From: Dehalococcoidia bacterium
Lineage (GTDB): Bacteria > Chloroflexota > Dehalococcoidia > Bin125
NCBI GenBank assembly: GCA_963555985.3
Contig: OY820591.1
Location: 1,408,001-1,472,000, forward strand
DNA length: 64,000 bases
Reading direction: 5' to 3'
Position numbers and translations under genes: made by a program. Below the pieces are notes generated by a model. It ran no database searches. It saw only the letters and a program-made list of their open reading frames with translations, and was not told the origin of the DNA. Shown here piece by piece: positions 1 through 9,212 of this stretch; position 1 is the first letter of the stretch; each line of letters opens with the position of its first letter.

Positions 1-451
1 CTTCCTGGATCAGCTCTTCGGCGACAGGCATGGAGCCCGGGGCCATGCCGCCGATGTCGGCTTGGTGAGCGCGGCTGGCGACATAACCGATTGGATCGGC
101 GCTGGATTCGGAGAAGACCGGTGAGACCATCGTCACATCGGGCAAGTGGGTACCGCCCAGGAAGGGGTCGTTGAGGATGGCCAGATCGCCTGGCCGCCAG
201 GGAGCGAGCGCTTCAACAGCGCGCACGGATTCGGGCATCGCGCCGAGGTGGACGGGGATGTGGGCCGCTTGCGCCAGCAGTTGGCCGTGACGATCGAAGA
301 CCGCGCAGGAGAAGTCCGCCCGTTCCTTGATGTTGGGCGAGAGCGCGGTATGGCGCAGGGCTGCGCCCATCTCCTCGGCGATCGACGACACCAGCGAGTC
401 GAAGATCGCCAGTCGCGCGGGATCGATGGATTGGTCGCTTGCCGTCGTCAT
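1..451 (-). CDS. Hydantoinase B/5-oxoprolinase family subunit, N-terminal part (runs off window start)
   Basis: Hand translation from ATG at 451: MTTASDQSIDPARLAIFDSLVSSIAEEMGAALRHTALSPNIKERADFSCAVFD...QAAHIPVHLGAM, a typical Hydantoinase_B N-terminus; ATGA overlap with the stop of the A subunit. Not in the ORF track. Confidence 0.9.
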   Translation of the reverse strand, partial: MTTASDQSIDPARLAIFDSLVSSIAEEMGAALRHTALSPNIKERADFSCAVFDRHGQLLAQAAHIPVHLGAMPESVRAVEALAPWRPGDLAILNDPFLGGTHLPDVTMVSPVFSESSADPIGYVASRAHQADIGGMAPGSMPVAEELIQE

Positions 452-2472
452 GGGATTCGCCTCAGCAACAAGCTGCCGTTCGGTAGTGGTTCGGCATACC
501 AACCCGGAGGGATCAGCGTGGTCGTGTCGAGTTGGACGACAATAGCCGGTCCGCCGAGGCGCTCCCTGACCAGGCCGCGCTGGAGCACTCGGGTTGGGCG
601 TTCCTGATCCCAGACGACCGGGACGATGTGGTCGATCGCTCCCGCGTCCGCAGGCGCGACGGCGCGGAGTCCGCCCTGATAGCCCTTCGCGCGGGCTTTG
701 GCTCGCGCAGTCACGACTTCGACCGGAGTTTGAGGGGTGGCGAAGGCGAAGCGCTCGCTGTGGGCGGCGTGAAAGGCATCCCGGATCGCGGACATGTCGT
801 CGAACTGCGACAGAGGCACAGTGAGTTCGTGGGACTGACCGGCATAGCGGAGGTCGGCGGCGAATTCGATCTGGACACCGTCGCGGTATCCATCAATCCC
901 GATTTCAGTCCGGGCCTGGTCTGCAATCTCGCGGAAGGCTTCGGCGAGTTGAGTGTGCTCGCCCGAATCCGCCGGATCGAGAGTGATGTGGAGGCCGCGC
1001 TCGGCGTCGCGGGTGATATCGGCAATCAACATCCCGGCCGCGCTCAACACACCGGGAGCGGCGGGGATTAACGCTTGGGGGATACCCAGCGCGTCGGCGA
1101 GATCGCAGGCGTGGAGCGGCCCTGCGCCGCCAAAGGCCACGAGCGTGAAACGGGCCGGGTCGTAGCCGCGTTCGACAGAGATCACTCGCAGCGCGCGAGC
1201 CATGTTGGCGTTGACGACATCGATCACGGCTCGCGCGGCCGTGCGTAGATCGTTCTGGAACGGCTCGGCGATCGTTGCGATCGCTGCGCGTGCGCGTTCC
1301 AGGTCAAGTTCGACCGATCCGCCGAGCTGCTGTTCCGGGCGTAAGCGTCCGAGTACGGCGTGGGCGTCGGTCACAGTTGGCAGATCACCGCGACCGTAGG
1401 CTGCCGGCCCGGGGTCCGCACCAGCGCTCTGGGGACCGACTCGCAGCGCGCCGCCGGCGTCGAACCAGGCGATCGAGCCGCCGCCGGCCCCAACCGTGTG
1501 CAGATCAACGGCGGGCGTGCGGATGGGCATGTCGTCAAGGATCAGATCGGTTCGTTCCAGCAGGCGTCCCGGACAGAGCGCGACATCGGCGGAAGTTCCG
1601 CCCATATCGAACGTGATCGCGTTGGCGAAGCCTGCTTCGTCGGCCGCGGCGAACGCGCCCGCGACGCCTCCGGCCGGGCCGGAGAGCACGGTACGGACGG
1701 CGTTGCGTCCTGCGGCGGCCGCGCTGAGGCTGCCGCCGTTCGACTGCATGATTCGCAGTCGTAAGGCGTCGCCGGGCCCGGTGCTGCGCTTCGCCAGCGA
1801 TGATTCGAGTTGATCGAGGTAGTGCGTCATGACGGGCGCGAGATATGCGTTCGCAGCGGTCGTGCTCATGCGCTCGTACTCGCGGTGCTGGGGAAGGACT
1901 TCGTGGGAAGCGGAGACGGCGAATCCGCGCTCGCGCGCACGATCCGCGGCGGCCTGTTCGTGTACGGGATTGATAAAGCTGAAGAGGAAGCAAATCGCGA
2001 TCGTGCGAGCGGTACTGTCTGCGATCGCGTCAAGCACGCGCTCCAGTCCGTCGAGATCCAGTCCGGTGACGACTTCACCGTCGGCGGCAATTCGCTCCTC
2101 CACCTCGAAGCGCAGTTCAGTAGGAATCAGCGGCGGTGTGCGCACTGGATGGAGGGCGTAGAGGTCGGGTCGCGCTTGGCGGCCGATCACGAGGGTGTCG
2201 CGGAATCCGGTGGTCGTAATCAGGGCGGTCGGCGCTCCGGTGCGGGTGAGGAGCGTGTTCGTGGCGACGGTAGAGCCGTGCACGACTTCGGTTGGCTGCC
2301 AGCCGAGGGCATTCAGACCGTCCAGGATGGCTCGTCCGGGATCCGCTGGCGTGGACGGGCGCTTGGCGATCCGGACTTCACCGGCTTCGTCGAGGTAGAC
2401 GAAGTCGGTGAAGGTGCCGCCGACATCGACGCCCAACAAGCGCCGGGGGTGCTGAGACGCGGGAGTACTCAT
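448..2472 (-). CDS. Hydantoinase A/5-oxoprolinase family subunit (ATP-binding)
   Basis: GVDVGGTFTD, VHGSTVATN, SGPAGGV, FDMGGTSADV, VGAGGGSI, GPQSAGADPGPAAYG motifs. Confidence 0.93.
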   Translation of the reverse strand: MSTPASQHPRRLLGVDVGGTFTDFVYLDEAGEVRIAKRPSTPADPGRAILDGLNALGWQPTEVVHGSTVATNTLLTRTGAPTALITTTGFRDTLVIGRQARPDLYALHPVRTPPLIPTELRFEVEERIAADGEVVTGLDLDGLERVLDAIADSTARTIAICFLFSFINPVHEQAAADRARERGFAVSASHEVLPQHREYERMSTTAANAYLAPVMTHYLDQLESSLAKRSTGPGDALRLRIMQSNGGSLSAAAAGRNAVRTVLSGPAGGVAGAFAAADEAGFANAITFDMGGTSADVALCPGRLLERTDLILDDMPIRTPAVDLHTVGAGGGSIAWFDAGGALRVGPQSAGADPGPAAYGRGDLPTVTDAHAVLGRLRPEQQLGGSVELDLERARAAIATIAEPFQNDLRTAARAVIDVVNANMARALRVISVERGYDPARFTLVAFGGAGPLHACDLADALGIPQALIPAAPGVLSAAGMLIADITRDAERGLHITLDPADSGEHTQLAEAFREIADQARTEIGIDGYRDGVQIEFAADLRYAGQSHELTVPLSQFDDMSAIRDAFHAAHSERFAFATPQTPVEVVTARAKARAKGYQGGLRAVAPADAGAIDHIVPVVWDQERPTRVLQRGLVRERLGGPAIVVQLDTTTLIPPGWYAEPLPNGSLLLRRIP

Positions 2473-2518
2473 GGCGAATCAGTCTAGGCGCGCCGGGTGC
2501 TGTGAGTGTTGCGATTGC

Positions 2519-2547
2519 TTGACCGCGTGGGGAGTCGCTCATAGCGT
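2519..2547 (+). promoter_or_regulatory. Sigma70-type promoter for rplY
   Basis: TTGACC (2519-2524), 17 nt spacer, TAGCGT (2542-2547), about 40 nt upstream of the ATG. Confidence 0.55.
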
Positions 2548-2586
2548 CAGCGAGAGCAAGCGGATCTGCGATGAGAGTGGTTGAGC

Positions 2587-3237
2587 ATGGCTGAGGCAAC
2601 CGAGTTGGTGCTGCATGTCCAGCGCCGCAACGTGACCGGCAAGAAGGTCAAGCAGCTGCGGCGGCAGGGCATCGCGCCAGGGAATGTGTACGGACGCGGG
2701 CTGGAATCGGTCGCGGTACAGGCCGAATTGTCGCAAGTGCAGCGGGTATTCCGCAGCGTCGACCGCAATGCGGTCGTGCAGCTGACCGTGGACGGCGAAG
2801 AGGAGATTCCGGTCGTGTTGCGCGAGGTGCAGCGGCATCCGGTCTCGGGCGAAGTGCTGCATCTCGACTTTTACCAGGTTGATTTGACCCGCGTGATCCA
2901 CAGTGAGGCACGGCTCGTGCTCATTGGTGATCCGGAGGCGGTTGCGAAGGGCGGCACGCTCGTGCAGTCGCTCGAGTACATCATGCTCGAGGCGCTGCCG
3001 ACCGACATGCCGTCGGAACTCGAAGTCGATGTCTCCGTACTGACCGATTTTGGTCACAACGTCCTAGTGCGCGACCTCGTGCTTGCGGAAGGCGTGCGAG
3101 CGCTCACGGACGGCACCATTGGCGTTGCCACCGTGCTCGCGCCGCGTGTTGCGGAAGAGGACGAGGAACTGGAAGAGGACATCGCGATCGAAGGCGAGGA
3201 ACCGGCGGCCGAAGAGGAAGCCGCAACAGAGGCGTAG
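2587..3237 (+). CDS. rplY: 50S ribosomal protein L25 / general stress protein Ctc
   Basis: GKKVKQLRRQGIAPGNVYG and REVQRHPVSGEVLHLDFYQV; C-terminal beta domain and acidic tail. Confidence 0.95.
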   Translation: MAEATELVLHVQRRNVTGKKVKQLRRQGIAPGNVYGRGLESVAVQAELSQVQRVFRSVDRNAVVQLTVDGEEEIPVVLREVQRHPVSGEVLHLDFYQVDLTRVIHSEARLVLIGDPEAVAKGGTLVQSLEYIMLEALPTDMPSELEVDVSVLTDFGHNVLVRDLVLAEGVRALTDGTIGVATVLAPRVAEEDEELEEDIAIEGEEPAAEEEAATEA

Positions 3238-3240
3238 GCT

Positions 3241-4326
3241 CTATTGTCCCGCGCTTTCCGATTCCGAGCGCAGGCGATCGCCTCGCAGTTGTCCGCAGGC
3301 CGCGGCGATATCCCGGCCTTTCTCAACCCGGATATTCGTCGGGATGCCGGCGGCCAGCAGCGTCTCCTGAAAGCCCAGCGTCGTGCGCCGTGACGGGCGC
3401 TCGCCAATCACGCCGGGAGACGGGTTCAGTGGGATCAGATTGACCTGCGCCCGCATCCCGCGAAGACGCTGAGCCAGACGCCGGGCATGTCCCCGCGAGT
3501 CGTTCATTCCCCGCAGTAAGACGTACTCAAACGTCACGCGTCTGCCAGTGACCTCTGAGTGGTCGCGAGCGGCGCTGATGATCTCGTCCAGCGAAGCGCC
3601 CGGCACAGGAACGAGTTCGCGGCGGAGCTCGGCATCTGGCGAGTGCAGACTGACGGCGAGATTGACCTGCGGGTGATCGGCAGCCAAGCGCCGCATCTGT
3701 TGCGGCAGCCCGACCGTGGAGACGGTGATCCGGCGCGGCGAGAGGACGAAGGCGTCCGGATCGGAGAGCCGCTTGAGCGCGTCGCTGACGATCGCATAGT
3801 TTGCGAGCGGCTCACCCATGCCCATAAACACGGCGTGCGTGAGTTCGCGTCCTTCGGCGCGAGCCCAGTCGCGCGCCAGCATCACTTGGCGGAGGATCTC
3901 GCCGACAGTCAACTGGCGGCGGAAGCCCTGGAGTCCGGTCGCGCAGAAGACGCATCCCATCGCGCATCCCGCTTGACTGGAGATGCAGACGGTGCGGCGT
4001 TCGCGCTGACTGGCGTGCTCGTGCGGCTCGTGCCGAATCAGAACTGTCTCGACTAACTCGCCGTCGTCAAGCGGGAGCAGCGCTTTGGTGGTCGAGCCGT
4101 CTGCGGAAGTCTGGGTGCTGACCGGATCCGCCGGAGGACGAATGCGCTCGGAGAGTTGACGCCGCAAGCTCGCCGGCAGGTTCGACATCCGCTCCGGATC
4201 GAGCACGCCGCGCTGGTACGTCCAGTGCCAGATCTGGCGAGCGCGGTAGGCCGGCTGTCCGCACTCGGCCACCAGCGCGGACAGGTCCTCGCGGTCCAGA
4301 TCGAGTAGGTCAATCGGAGTGGACAT
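3241..4326 (-). CDS. rlmN: 23S rRNA (adenine(2503)-C2)-methyltransferase RlmN
   Basis: CISSQAGCAMGCVFCATG (CxxxCxxC), FMGMGEPL, DIAAACGQL; ATG at 4326 preferred over TTG at 4344. Confidence 0.95.
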   Translation of the reverse strand: MSTPIDLLDLDREDLSALVAECGQPAYRARQIWHWTYQRGVLDPERMSNLPASLRRQLSERIRPPADPVSTQTSADGSTTKALLPLDDGELVETVLIRHEPHEHASQRERRTVCISSQAGCAMGCVFCATGLQGFRRQLTVGEILRQVMLARDWARAEGRELTHAVFMGMGEPLANYAIVSDALKRLSDPDAFVLSPRRITVSTVGLPQQMRRLAADHPQVNLAVSLHSPDAELRRELVPVPGASLDEIISAARDHSEVTGRRVTFEYVLLRGMNDSRGHARRLAQRLRGMRAQVNLIPLNPSPGVIGERPSRRTTLGFQETLLAAGIPTNIRVEKGRDIAAACGQLRGDRLRSESESAGQ

Positions 4327-5257
4327 CAAAGCGCTGATTTCCAAGCTCGCGAGCGCCCCGCGCGAACTCTTCCGCAGTCATTTCCCGCTTGCCCGCGCGC
4401 TGGAGGCGAGTGACGCTCAAGATGCCCTGACCCGTTGCGATCCCGATCGCGCTGTCTACGGCAACGATCCGACCAGGATCGCCGTCGTGGCCGTAGGTGG
4501 CGGTCGCCTGAGTGATCCGGATCGGCTTGCCCTCAAGACTCGCGGTTGCGCCGGGCCAGGGCGTGTAGGCGCGGATGTGGCGTTCGATGTGGTTGGCGGA
4601 TTGACTCCAGTCGATGCGCCCGGCGGACTTCTTCACGCGCCGTGCCCGCGTAGCTAGGGCGTCTTCTTGCGGCTCCGGTGTGATTGCGCCCGCAAGCCAG
4701 TCCGGGATCGTTTCAACAAGCAGCTCTGCACCGAGTGTTGAGAGTCGGTCCATGAGGGCGCCGGCGTCCTCGTGCTCCCCGATCGGCGTGCTGCGCCGGC
4801 TGAGGATTGGGCCGGTGTCTTCGGTTTCGTCCACGAGCATGATCGTCGCGCCGGTTTCGGTGTCTCCGTGCAGGATTGCGGCGGAAACGGGCGCGGCGCC
4901 GCGCCAGCGGGGTAGGAGCGAGGCGTGGACATTGAGGCTGCCATGCCGCGGAAGATCAAGGATCGCCTTCGGAATGATCTGACCGTAGGCGGCAACGATT
5001 TGTAGATCGGGTTGGAGCGCGGCGATCTGGGCGATGGCGGAGCGCCGGCGCAGCCGCTCCGGCTGGATCGCGGGGATGCCGTGCTCTGCTGCGAGTTCTT
5101 TGACTGGCGGCGGCCGTAGCTGGCGGCCACGTCCAGCCGGCCGGTCTGGCTGAGTGACCACGGCGATCGGACGCCAGGGCGTATCGAGCAGCGCTTCGAG
5201 TACAGGAACCGCGAAGTCCGGCGAACCGTAGAAGAGGACGCGGCGGGGCGTGGACAT
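4310..5257 (-). CDS. fmt: Methionyl-tRNA formyltransferase
   Basis: FYGSPDFA, VVTQPDRPAGRG, NVHASLLPRWRGAAP. Confidence 0.96.
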   Translation of the reverse strand: MSTPRRVLFYGSPDFAVPVLEALLDTPWRPIAVVTQPDRPAGRGRQLRPPPVKELAAEHGIPAIQPERLRRRSAIAQIAALQPDLQIVAAYGQIIPKAILDLPRHGSLNVHASLLPRWRGAAPVSAAILHGDTETGATIMLVDETEDTGPILSRRSTPIGEHEDAGALMDRLSTLGAELLVETIPDWLAGAITPEPQEDALATRARRVKKSAGRIDWSQSANHIERHIRAYTPWPGATASLEGKPIRITQATATYGHDGDPGRIVAVDSAIGIATGQGILSVTRLQRAGKREMTAEEFARGARELGNQRFDVHSD

Positions 5258-5288
5258 GATCCAAGTCTATGGCGGTGGACTTGGCAGA

Positions 5289-5513
5289 TTAGACGCGGAC
5301 GGCGGCGATGCTGAGTCCAACGAAGACGAGCATCAGCACGATCGTCCCGCGAAACAGCGTGCGCTCGATCCCGCGCCGGGTGCGGTAGCTGTCGCCGCCG
5401 ACGCCGCCGAAGATGTTGCCTAGACCTGCGCCCTTCGCCTGAAGAACGACCGCAGCAATCACGGTTAGCGCGATCAGGATTTGGAAGACGTTGAGGATGT
5501 CGGAGGTATCCAC
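5289..5513 (-). CDS. secG: Preprotein translocase subunit SecG
   Basis: 74 aa, two hydrophobic helices flanking LQAKGAGLGNIFGG...RTRRGIERTL. Confidence 0.92.
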   Translation of the reverse strand: MDTSDILNVFQILIALTVIAAVVLQAKGAGLGNIFGGVGGDSYRTRRGIERTLFRGTIVLMLVFVGLSIAAVRV

Positions 5514-5522
5514 GAATGCTCG

Positions 5523-6905
5523 CTAGCTGGGAATGACCGCGCGCCCCGCCCGGCGCGGGCGCACGCTGGCTTCGCCGAGTTCATGGTATGCGGTCAGGAT
5601 CGCATCGGCGAGCTTGGCAGAGTCATGTCGGTAACGGTTGCCGGTGTCGACGATGTCAGCCTGAATGAGGTGGACGGATTCGAGATCGGCTGCTCTAGCG
5701 GCGGCTGGATCATGGCGGACCGGCTCCGAGCGCCAGTTGCGCGGCAGACGCGCGCTGGCGTTGTTGTTGGCGACGACGCAATCGAAAGGCACGCCGCCGA
5801 TGTGTTCGGCGATCGTGCTCACGTGATCCTGAACGGAGTAGTGGTCGGTCTCGCCTGGCTGGGTCGCTACGTTGGAGACGTAGACCTTCATCGCGCTCGA
5901 TTCCTGGAACGCGATTCGCAGTTCCGGTACGAGCAAGTTGGGCAGCACGGAGGTATAGAGGCTGCCCGGGCCGACCACGATCAGGTCGGCGTTGCGCAGC
6001 GCGTTGAGCGTGTCGGGATAGGCCGACGGGCGGCGCGGCTCCAACATCAACTGGGTGATTTGTTTGCCTGCGGCGGTGATGTTCGATTCGCCGCGAATGG
6101 TCTCACCGTCAACGGTCATGGCCGCGAGACGCACATCTTCCAAGGTGGCCGGGAGGATGCCGCCGCGCACCGCAAGCACGCGGCCGGTTTCCTGGATCGC
6201 CTGCTCCATCCCGCCGGCGATGTCCGACATCGCCACGATGAACAGGTTGCCGAAGGAGTGTCCGGCTAGACCCTCGCCGGAGTCCTCCGGGAAGCGGTAC
6301 TGGAACAGGCGAGTCATCAGTGGTTCGGCGTCGGCCAAGGCCGCAATGCAGTTGCGCAGATCGCCCGGTGGAATGATGCCGAGATCGCGTCGCAGCCGCC
6401 CCGAGGAGCCGCCGTCGTCAGCGACCGTGACAACGGCGGAGAGGTTGTCGGTGTATTCCTTCAGCCCGCGCAGGAGCACGGAGAGTCCGGTGCCTCCGCC
6501 GATGCAGACGATCCGGATGCCGCGCGATCCGAGTCGGTGACGATGCAGCAGGTCAACGAGCGGTTCGTCAACGTTGTTGCGCCGATATCCGCTGCGTGCG
6601 GCTGCGACCAGGCTGCCGGCGAACTTGCCCACGCCAAAGCCGACGCAGAGTACGGCCAGACCGATCAGGATGCCGCCGCGTGCGGCGTAGGGCAGGAACT
6701 GGAGCGTGATGTAGTAGAACGCGCCCGGCAGCGAAACACTGACATAGAGCTCGCGCAGCAGGAACGAGACACCTAGTCCCAGCAGGCCCATGCCGATGAA
6801 GAGCAGCACGAACCAGCGCTTGACGCCGATACCGGGAACGAACCACTTACGCAGGCTGGAGGGGTCGATCTGGGCGGCGCGGGCGCGGGCGGTGTGGTGC
6901 GGCAT
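5523..6905 (-). CDS. yvcK: YvcK/UPF0052 family protein with N-terminal membrane domain
   Basis: IGGGTGLSVLLRGLK, TVADDGGSSGRLR, GHSFGNL, GPGSLYTS; N-terminal PGIGVKRW plus two TM segments. Confidence 0.92.
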   Translation of the reverse strand: MPHHTARARAAQIDPSSLRKWFVPGIGVKRWFVLLFIGMGLLGLGVSFLLRELYVSVSLPGAFYYITLQFLPYAARGGILIGLAVLCVGFGVGKFAGSLVAAARSGYRRNNVDEPLVDLLHRHRLGSRGIRIVCIGGGTGLSVLLRGLKEYTDNLSAVVTVADDGGSSGRLRRDLGIIPPGDLRNCIAALADAEPLMTRLFQYRFPEDSGEGLAGHSFGNLFIVAMSDIAGGMEQAIQETGRVLAVRGGILPATLEDVRLAAMTVDGETIRGESNITAAGKQITQLMLEPRRPSAYPDTLNALRNADLIVVGPGSLYTSVLPNLLVPELRIAFQESSAMKVYVSNVATQPGETDHYSVQDHVSTIAEHIGGVPFDCVVANNNASARLPRNWRSEPVRHDPAAARAADLESVHLIQADIVDTGNRYRHDSAKLADAILTAYHELGEASVRPRRAGRAVIPS

Positions 6906-7029
6906 TTGCAGCCACTATATGCAGCGCGCAGCGCAGGAGGTAGGGTATGCGCCAGCGAATTGGACATTCGGCGCGGACGCCGCGCCGCTCACCGGCTCCC
7001 TGGAGCCGGCTGGAACAGACGGAGTGATC

Positions 7030-8061
7030 ATGGAACAGCGACGATTCGGCGACAGCGACCTGGTGACCTCGGCGGTCGGCTTTGGCACCTGGGAGATGAG
7101 CACGACGATGTACGGCCACATCGACGTGGACGAGGCGGCCAAGGCCGTGAACATGGCGATCGACCGCGGGATCACCCTGTTCGACACGGCTGAGGTCTAC
7201 GGTCCCTACCACTCGGAGGAACTGCTGGCCAAGGCGCTCGGCAATCGGCGCAACGAGGTTGTCCTGGTGACCAAGGTCGGCTTCGACTACGACGATCAGC
7301 CGCAAGTAATCGGCCTGAACTCGAAGCGAGAGAACGTCATTGAGCACACCGAGGGTTGCCTGCGCCGGCTCAACACCGACTACGTGGACCTGATGCTGAT
7401 CCACTGGCCCGACCATGACACGCCAATCGATGAGACGATGGAAGCGCTGGAGGAGCTCAAGCAGGCCGGCAAGATCCGCCACTATGGGGTCTCCAACTTC
7501 AACATCGACATGATGGAGGAGTGCCAACGCCACGGAACGATCGTCGCCAACCAGGTCGGCTACCACATGTTCGACCGGCGGATGGAGTCGCGCGTACTGC
7601 CCTGGTGCATGGCCAACGGGGTCGGCTTCATGTCCTACGGCTCGCTCGCCTTCGGCCTGCTCACCGCCGCATTTGGGCCCGACCACGAGTTTGGAGAGGG
7701 CGACTGGCGCAGCAACGGCGTGGCGTTCAATCTGCCCCTGTTCGAGCGTGAGCGCTTCCGGCAAGAGGTCGAGATCGCCAACCGATTGGCGGAACTGGCC
7801 GACGGCTACGGCAAGACCTGCGCCCAACTCGGCATCGCCTGGGTGCTCGACCACCCCGGCGTCACCTGCGCCTTGGTCGGAATGCGCAACGAACGAGAAC
7901 TCGAAGAGAACGTCGCCGCGACCGACTGGAAGCTGACCGAGGAAATCCGCAGCGGAATCAACCAGATCTTCGCCGAGGTCGGCGTACCCACCTACCAGAA
8001 CCTCGATCAAGTCGTCCACGTCGCGCGAGCAACAGGCGCGCGCCGGAACCTCCGCGACTAA
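7030..8061 (+). CDS. Aldo/keto reductase, paralog 1
   Basis: FDTAEVYG, VTKVG, LIHWPD, GVSNF; ATG at 7030 follows GGAG and aligns with the start of paralog 2. Confidence 0.93.
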   Translation: MEQRRFGDSDLVTSAVGFGTWEMSTTMYGHIDVDEAAKAVNMAIDRGITLFDTAEVYGPYHSEELLAKALGNRRNEVVLVTKVGFDYDDQPQVIGLNSKRENVIEHTEGCLRRLNTDYVDLMLIHWPDHDTPIDETMEALEELKQAGKIRHYGVSNFNIDMMEECQRHGTIVANQVGYHMFDRRMESRVLPWCMANGVGFMSYGSLAFGLLTAAFGPDHEFGEGDWRSNGVAFNLPLFERERFRQEVEIANRLAELADGYGKTCAQLGIAWVLDHPGVTCALVGMRNERELEENVAATDWKLTEEIRSGINQIFAEVGVPTYQNLDQVVHVARATGARRNLRD

Positions 8062-8092
8062 AGCTCCCTCCCACTCACCTTCCTCGCTCCCC

Positions 8093-8135
8093 CCGGCCCC
8101 CTCTCCCTCTGGGAGAGGGTTAGGGTGAGGGCCGG
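8093..8135. repeat. REP-like palindrome (CCCTCACCCTAACCCTCTCCC-AGA-GGGAGAGGG type)
   Basis: CCCTCTCCC-TCT-GGGAGAGGG hairpin (8099-8119) plus TTAGGGTGAGGG tail, flanked by CCGGCCC/GGGCCGG. Confidence 0.75.
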
Positions 8136-8183
8136 GAAGCAGGCAGAGCGCGGCTGCCAGCAGAGAAAAGAAAGCGGCCAGTC

Positions 8184-9203
8184 ATGGAACAGCGACGCTT
8201 CGGCAACACTGACCTGGTGGCCTCGTCCGTGGGCTTCGGCACTTGGGAGATGAGCACCACGATGTACGGCCACATCGACGTCGATGAGGCGTCGAAGGCC
8301 GTGAACATGGCGATCGACCGCGGCATCACGCTGTTCGACACCGCCGAAGGCTACGGGCCCTACCTCTCCGAGGAACTACTCGCTAAAGCTCTCGGAAACA
8401 GACGCCAGGAGATTGTCCTGGTGACCAAGGTCGGCTTCGACTACGACGACACGCCGACCATGACCGGCCTGAACTCGAGTCGCAACCACATCATCACCCG
8501 AACCGAGGGCTGCCTTCGCCGTCTGAACACGGACTACCTGGACCTGTTGCTGATCCACTGGCCCGACTTCGATACGCCCATTGAGGAGACAATGGAGGGG
8601 CTCGAGGAACTCAAGCAGAGCGGCAAGATCCGCCACTACGGAGTCTCCAACTTCGACATCGACATGATGCAGGAATGCGAGCAGTACGGGCACCTTGCCG
8701 CAAACCAGGTCGGCTATCACATGTTCGACCGGCGCATGGAGTCGCGCGTGCTGCCCTGGTGCATGGCCAACGGGGTCGGCTTCATGTCCTATGGCTCGCT
8801 CGCGTTCGGCCTGCTCACCGGTGCCTTCAAGCCGGACCACGAGTTTGAAGAAGGCGACTGGCGGCGCAACCCGCTCGCCTTCAATCTGCCGCTGTTCGAG
8901 CGGGAGCATTTCCAGCGGGAGGTCGCCGTCTGCGGCCGTCTGGCGGAGCTAGCCGACGGCTACGGCAAGACGGTTGCTCAGCTCGCCCTCGCCTGGGTGC
9001 TGGATCATCCCGGCGTTTCCTGCGCCCTGGTCGGGATGAGGAACGAGCGAGAGCTTGAGGAGAACGTCGCCGCGACCGACTGGAAGCTGACCGAGGAGAT
9101 CCGCAGCGAAATCAACGCCGTGTTCGACGAGGTCGGAGTGCCCACCTATCAGAACACGCCGCAGATCGTCCACAACCCCAGAGTGGCGGCGCTTCGGCGT
9201 TAG
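8184..9203 (+). CDS. Aldo/keto reductase, paralog 2
   Basis: FDTAEGYG, VTKVG, LIHWPD; colinear and highly similar to 7030..8061. Confidence 0.93.
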   Translation: MEQRRFGNTDLVASSVGFGTWEMSTTMYGHIDVDEASKAVNMAIDRGITLFDTAEGYGPYLSEELLAKALGNRRQEIVLVTKVGFDYDDTPTMTGLNSSRNHIITRTEGCLRRLNTDYLDLLLIHWPDFDTPIEETMEGLEELKQSGKIRHYGVSNFDIDMMQECEQYGHLAANQVGYHMFDRRMESRVLPWCMANGVGFMSYGSLAFGLLTGAFKPDHEFEEGDWRRNPLAFNLPLFEREHFQREVAVCGRLAELADGYGKTVAQLALAWVLDHPGVSCALVGMRNERELEENVAATDWKLTEEIRSEINAVFDEVGVPTYQNTPQIVHNPRVAALRR

Positions 9204-9212
9204 TCGAAGGAA

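Noticed and set aside
6790-7029. 80-aa N-terminal extension of AKR paralog 1 in the ORF track
   Set aside because: Overlaps the divergent yvcK start; paralog alignment and SD support ATG 7030.
6847-8019. 390-aa minus-strand ORF
   Set aside because: Antisense shadow of the aldo/keto reductase.
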